This document shows positions 60,001 to 64,000 of a DNA stretch of 64,000 nucleotides, piece by piece. The notes beneath the pieces were generated by a model that was given only the letters and a program-made list of their open reading frames with translations, was not told where the DNA came from and searched no databases. Positions within the stretch are counted from its first letter, which is position 1; each line of letters opens with the position of its first letter. The stretch is from positions 53,154,552 to 53,218,551 of the forward strand of contig NC_068993.1 of assembly GCF_001194135.2 (NCBI RefSeq), read 5' to 3'. Origin of the DNA: Octopus bimaculoides (taxonomy: Eukaryota). The translations under genes and the position numbers were made by a program.

Positions 60001-60862
60001 NNNNNNNNNNNNNNNNNNNNNNNNNNNNNNNNNNNNNNNNNNNNNNNNNNNNNNNNNNNNNNNNNNNNNNNNNNNNNNNNNNNNNNNNNNNNNNNNNNNN
60101 NNNNNNNNNNNNNNNNNNNNNNNNNNNNNNNNNNNNNNNNNNNNNNNNNNNNNNNNNNNNNNNNNNNNNNNNNNNNNNNNNNNNNNNNNNNNNNNNNNAA
60201 AAAGACAGTTAATTTTTTTCCCCCTGTTTTTGATTATGAAATTATTTCTTCTAAAAAAAAAAATAATTAAAATTACAAGAAACTAAGAATAACAGTAGAA
60301 ATTATTTTTTCTATCTGTTGATTTAGAAATGTTGGGATGAAAGCATTGGAAAATATTCTATTGTAAAATATTTTATAGAAATAAACATTCGAAATAATAT
60401 AGTGAAAGTTTATTAACCAGTTTGAGTGAGAGAAAGAAATAAAAATCATTGGACAAATAAGATGTCATTTTTGATAAACAGTTTCCCCACATGAAACAAA
60501 ATGGTGACATTTTCTCTTTAGTAATTAGATATCTTCACAAAATCTACAGGTTTTAAAACATATAAAGCTGTTTGTTGTTTGTTTCAGTAATATAAACTTT
60601 CTTTCCTTATTGCAATGTGATCATTTTCACATATTAAATGTATTATTATTATTATTATAATTTTCTCTTTCTTTCTCTCTCTCTCTCTCTCTCTCTGCTT
60701 CTCGATCACACAAACAATCTTTCTGACTGTTTTCAACAGATGCCTTCATCTCACCTATGTCTTCACTGATATTTGGCATGTTTTGTTCCCTTCTTTGCTC
60801 TTTCCCCCTTTTCAAACTTAAGGTGAACAGTTCCACTAAAAGTATTATTTCTTGTGTGTGTA

Positions 60863-60894
<32 letters not shown>

Positions 60895-61689
60895 ATCTCA
60901 CCCAGTGTGTCTTGCTGGAATTTTTTTTATTCTTCTCATAATGTCATTCTTACATAAGAAGGTGGTTCAGTATTATTGGCTCTATTTTAGGTAGGTGACC
61001 GACTTCAAGATTTCAGGCTACTTGACAAGACATCATATAAAGGAATGGTTGATAATTAATCTGAAACACAACCATGAACTTTATAATAAATTTGGTTTCT
61101 TTCAAAATATGAACTGGAATTTTTAGCTGTTGTTACAAACTGTTTTTATTCATGTTTTTTTTTGTTGTAGTTAAGGAACATAACATTTTCATAATATAAT
61201 TTCCTATTTTGTTGGTTTTTACAGCTAGGCTGTAAAATTCTTATTTGTTTTTATAAATCAGTTTGTCAGTTTAATTTAATACTTTTGAACAAGTGCTACG
61301 ACCCTAAGAATGCTTAGAAATACTATTTGCCATTCTAGTTTTCTTTGCCTATGTTTGTATGGAGACTATTATTAAACTTTCAGTTGTCTACTGTCCAACA
61401 TTCTTTCAGAACATGTATCTCGTATAGCATCATCCTGACATTTTATCACCACTATTTTATCTCTTTCAATCTCCACCCTCTCTTTTATAATGTGAGTAGA
61501 TGCGTAGCTCCTCTACAGCAGGAAACTTGTTCTGGCTTCTATCACACTTTAACCTCTCATCCTATAGCATAAAGCCACCTCTCTCTGTACTGTAGCCCCA
61601 CTCAGTCAAAAGTGATCCTAGTCTTGCAAACTGCATGACTCACTAGTGCTGTTGCCACTCACACACACAAAAAACCTCAGAACATGCTA

Positions 61690-61835
61690 TAAAGTGGTTG
61701 GTATTAAGGGAGCACCCAGTCATAGAAATCACGCCAAAGCAGACATTAGAGCTTGACACAGTCTTCAAACCTATTGGACCTTGTCAAACTGTCCAATCCA
61801 CACCAGTATAGAAGATGGATGCTGAATGATGATGG
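61690..61835 (+). mobile_element. Retroposon tail copy, (GAT)n-ended
   Basis: AAAGTGGTTGGTATTAAGGGAGCACCCAG...TGTCAAACTGTCCAATCCACACCAGTATAGAAGATGGATGCTGAATGATGATG. Further copies at about 63430-63580(+), 47570-47700(-) and 48800-48910(-). Confidence 0.65.
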
Positions 61836-64000
61836 AAAAGATTTAAACTACTGACTTTATTTTAATTGGGGTTGAGTCTCATAGCTAATACATCTCTCCT
61901 AATTGTGTCCATGATTGTCTTTGTTGGAGAGAGGTAGAAATTTGTTATCTCTGCAGTGCTCTTATTTTGTCCTTATGTTTCACATAATCCACATTGCTTC
62001 CTCTCTCTATATCCTATATAAACAGTATTGAACAAATATTATCACAGTATAACTAGAATCTGATGCCTACCATACTGTACCTTCATCTTATGTTTGCATA
62101 AAGTGTGAGTGTGTTACTTTGCACTTTTCATTCTTTTTAATAGTTATGTTGTTGTTTTTCTGAATAATAGCCCTCTCATGTTTCGATGAACTAATATATA
62201 TCCATTGAATAGCCTGCATAAAATCTTACATAATGTGAGATAGTTTTCTCTCAGCAATCCATATATATATATACATAGATATAATCCATGCTCATCTTTG
62301 CATATTGTTTGTGCACATGAAAAACGTTTTTTACTCTATCAGAAATACTACGTAGAACCTCATTCATTTATTCTATTTCAATAGTCTGAACTTTCTTTCA
62401 CATTTTCCTGTATGTTTATTTTAAATTTCAGCTGATGCAGGAAGGTTATTGCTAGTAGCTAAATTATATTTTAAAATTTCATTATTTATAGTGGCCATCC
62501 CTAATGAATTGAATTCTGCTTTTCAAACACCACAACTCCTTTACTTTTTAATTTTTAAGACAATGACTCCTTATGTAATTCCAACAGGTCTGTTCCTTAG
62601 CTGCAATCGAAGCTACTTTCTGTACATGCTTTTCTATCATTATTCACTAATACCAATTTTTTTGTTTTTTGTTTTTTCCTCAAGTCATTAGCACAATCAG
62701 CATTGGCAGCCAGTCCTTCCTTTCTTCCTTCCTTCGTCCCCACTGCCACAAAAAATGTATCACTTTGGAACTTACTGTATGTTTGTGTATTTCCCTCAAA
62801 AAGAAAATGTTGATTACACTACAAAAGACTGGTTGGTTAACATCCTGTACTGAACTTACTGACCCAATAATTTTGAGTTGAATGCCTGCCACAAAGCATT
62901 TTGCTATTTCTTTCCTTTTAAACACATTATTTAATTTTTACCAGCCTAGCTTATTAGCTAAATGTAGAACTATTTCATGTTGTTTTCATGGAAAGTTGAT
63001 ATTAAATCAGTAATAAGAATATTGAACACAGCTTCTCTCATTCCATACATGATGGAAGGAAATCTTTCACAAAATTGGTTAAGACATATGGAAGGAAGCT
63101 CTCAGCAAACTTAATTCCAAATTGTATGACTACAGCTTTCACTAACTTGGAGTGTATTATTTTTATTTATGATTCTATTAGTATTTTTTATTATTTGACT
63201 GTAGACAGTTGAAACTGATTATTTTTATAGATGGGTTGTTGAGTTGTATTTGTGAAAGTAATGTTGCCTCTTATTGATATCCTGTAAGTTAACCCATCAG
63301 TGACATGGTTGCAGTTCCAATATTTGACCCTTTTGTTACCATATATCTCTTGAAATACACTACCTTTGTTTCAGTTCATTTTGGAAATGAAGGATTTACT
63401 AAAATGTATGTATTTGTACACTTTTAAGTGGTTGGTGTTGGGAAGTGCATCCAGCCATAGAAACCATGGCAAAGATGACATTTGAGCTCAATGCAGTCTG
63501 CTGGTATGTCAGATCCTGTCAAACTGTCCAGCCCATGCAGCATGGAAAATGCATGTTAAATGATGATGATGATGATGATATATCACGGGTTCAAATCTGA
63601 TCACAAGTATTTCATTGTGCTGTTCAGCATGGGACAGTCTCTTGCCTATACCAACCATTTCATGGTTTATTGACTTGTATTTTAAAAAAAGAAAATTTTA
63701 AAAATGTGACTAACATCCTTGTAGAAAAATAATTGTTTACAGTTTTAATGAAATTAAAATTTAAATTGTTAGGATTGTAACTTATTGATAAGATAAATAG
63801 TACAGTTAAGGTGTTGGGGCAAAATATTTTTGTTTTCATTCCAGTCCTTTATGAGTTCTAAATTCCACCGAGGTCAACTTTGCCTTTTGTCCTTCTGGAG
63901 TTACAAGTACAGAAGTTGATTTAGCATGGTAGAGTGGAGCCTAATTCCTTACCCAATGGTTGGACTTTGATAACAGGTGAAGTGCCACATCTGTTGGAAG

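Noticed and set aside
60991-61059. Possible alternative last exon (TTTTAG|VGDRLQDFRLLDKTSYKGMVDN*), phase-compatible with NAA15 exon 21
   Set aside because: No similarity to NAA15 C-termini; the normal exon 22 is complete; a 22-codon frame after an AG is expected by chance. Only RNA-seq could revive it.

Overview
Eukaryotic, AT-rich, intron-rich animal DNA from a gapped short-read draft. N-gaps lie at 7763-7818, 11825-12294, 12631-13216, 16378-16630, 18069-18785, 31600-31713, 34284-34354, 57078-57235 and 59432-60198. The repeat landscape (RTE LINEs, tRNA-derived SINEs with (GAT)n tails, dense (AT)n/(AC)n) suggests an octopus; that assignment is inference. There is no prokaryotic content, CRISPR array or rRNA/tRNA gene. 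I reconstructed three protein-coding genes by hand from splice signals: the last three exons of PCF11 (+), a complete Rab33 (-), and a complete 22-exon NAA15/16 NatA auxiliary subunit gene (+, 856 aa). Rab33 and NAA15 are head-to-head with start codons under 300 bp apart. Almost all ORFs in the supplied track are microsatellite, gap or repeat artefacts. Best second-look items: (1) a SAP-domain-carrying DNA transposon with TIRs in NAA15 intron 5; (2) a textbook U12 minor intron in NAA15; (3) a possible micro-exon/uORF frame switch at the Rab33 5' end; (4) an 85-bp near-perfect inverted repeat in the Rab33 intron; (5) apparently ancient PCF11-Rab33-NAA15 microsynteny; (6) an Illumina adapter assembled into the scaffold.
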